A stretch of DNA of 64,000 nt, taken from Octopus vulgaris (Eukaryota). Location: the NCBI GenBank assembly GCA_951406725.2, contig OX597836.1, forward strand, positions 33,666,001 to 33,730,000, given 5' to 3'. The notes beneath the pieces are model-generated. The model was given only the letters and a program-made list of their open reading frames with translations. It was not told the DNA's origin and searched no databases. A program made the position numbers and the translations under genes. Shown here piece after piece: positions 62,670 through 64,000 of this stretch. Numbering within the stretch: the stretch's first letter is position 1; each line of letters starts with the position of its first letter.

Positions 62670-62818
62670 CGACGGGTTTCTTTCAGTTTCCGTCTACCAA
62701 ATCCACTCACAAGGCTTTGGTTGGCCTGAGATTATAGTGGAAGACACTTGCCCAAGGTGCCACGCAGTGGGACTGAACCCAGAACCATGTGGTTGGTAAG
62801 CAAGCTACTTACCACACT
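62434..62818 (-). mobile_element. SINE family A
   Basis: Reverse complement of 2359-2780. Confidence 0.85.
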
Positions 62819-64000
62819 GGCTGTTTATTTTTAGAATGGCATTGTAGCGTAGGTGTGAGAGGTGAGATCTAATTGATCTGAGCGCCAAAGAAGAAGAAAT
62901 CTTGGGCTGGATATGGCTGGTTTAAATTCTGAAGGGTGTAAGGAGGACTTGGTTGCTATTTCTAGCTGGTTAAGCTCTGGATTATATGGATCCTGCCTGG
63001 ACTCTGGCAGCAAAAAGACCAGCTGTTTTCTGGTGGTAGTGGAACCAGGTGGTGAAGTCGGAGAAAGGTATGTGTATGTGTGTGTGTGGGGGGGGGCAGA
63101 GGGTATTGGACAGGAGGGGTGTTGTAGATGAAGGTTTAGGAGTGGGAGTGGGGCGTGGAGGATTGAGGTTGGGATGGGTGGAGCTCAGGAGGAAACAGGT
63201 GGGGAGTGGCAACATTTTGTAAATACAAGAAAATGAAAAGAAAAATAAATAGAAACAAAACAATACACACAACCACATACACTTAAAACCACACGCGCAC
63301 ACACACACACACACACACTACACCCACCCACCTATATACACACACACACACACACACACACTGTGAGAAGACTTTGAAGTTAAGCTACCCCTCCAATACC
63401 CAGAGAAATCACCATCTATGAAATACACAAACATATCATGCCACCCCTTAAACACCCTGCACTTAAAAGAAATTACAAAAAAAAAAAACCAACAACAAAA
63501 CAATAAAAAGCTAATGCAAAAAAGATTTACCCAGGACTTTTTTTTAAGCACATAAAAAAAAAATAATAAACTAAAAAACACATCTACAATAAACATTCAG
63601 GTCTCAAATTTCAACATTGTCAATCTCAAATGACTGACCAAAACACACCCAATATACATACAAAGATATATATACACATACATACATATATATACTCACA
63701 CACAGGCATGCATATATACTTGTGCAGTAATATGTGTCAGTGTCTATATATGTGTGTGTGTGTGTGTGCGTACATGAAGACATCAATACAAAAACAATAA
63801 AATATTTACATACATACACACACATTTTCAAATATACACATATATACAGTAATATGTGTCAGTGTCTATATACATGGGTGTGTGTGTGTGTGTGTGTGTT
63901 CATATACTTTTCCCTATCATGAAGACATCAATACAAAAACAATAAAATATTTACATACACACACACACATTTTCTTAAATATACACACATATACACTGAA

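Overview
AT-rich, repeat-saturated eukaryotic DNA. The SINE types, the very dense (TA)n/(CA)n/(AAT)n microsatellites and the element mix suggest an octopus/cephalopod intron or intergenic region; this is an inference, not a database match. No host protein-coding exon can be supported with confidence, and most listed ORFs are microsatellite or SINE artefacts. The only intact protein gene is a CR1/L2-group LINE ORF2 (APE endonuclease + RT, 4569-7580). The rest is several tRNA-derived SINE families (informal labels A, B, D, E, X), fragments of RTE, R4/Dong-type and Penelope (GIY-YIG) retroelements, mariner/Tc1, pogo, piggyBac, hAT and Helitron derivatives, and simple repeats. Most notable: (1) about nine minimal type-I hammerhead ribozyme motifs in short, often foldback cassettes, mostly lodged in microsatellites; (2) a TSD-flanked element joining a tRNA Pol III head, a hammerhead and an inverted terminal copy, a candidate Penelope-mobilised SINE; (3) a SINE forming exact 184-bp concatemers that repeatedly inserts at GGTA sites inside its own family; (4) a covarying 3' hairpin shared by the LINE and a SINE; (5) 2x2 body/tail shuffling among SINEs.
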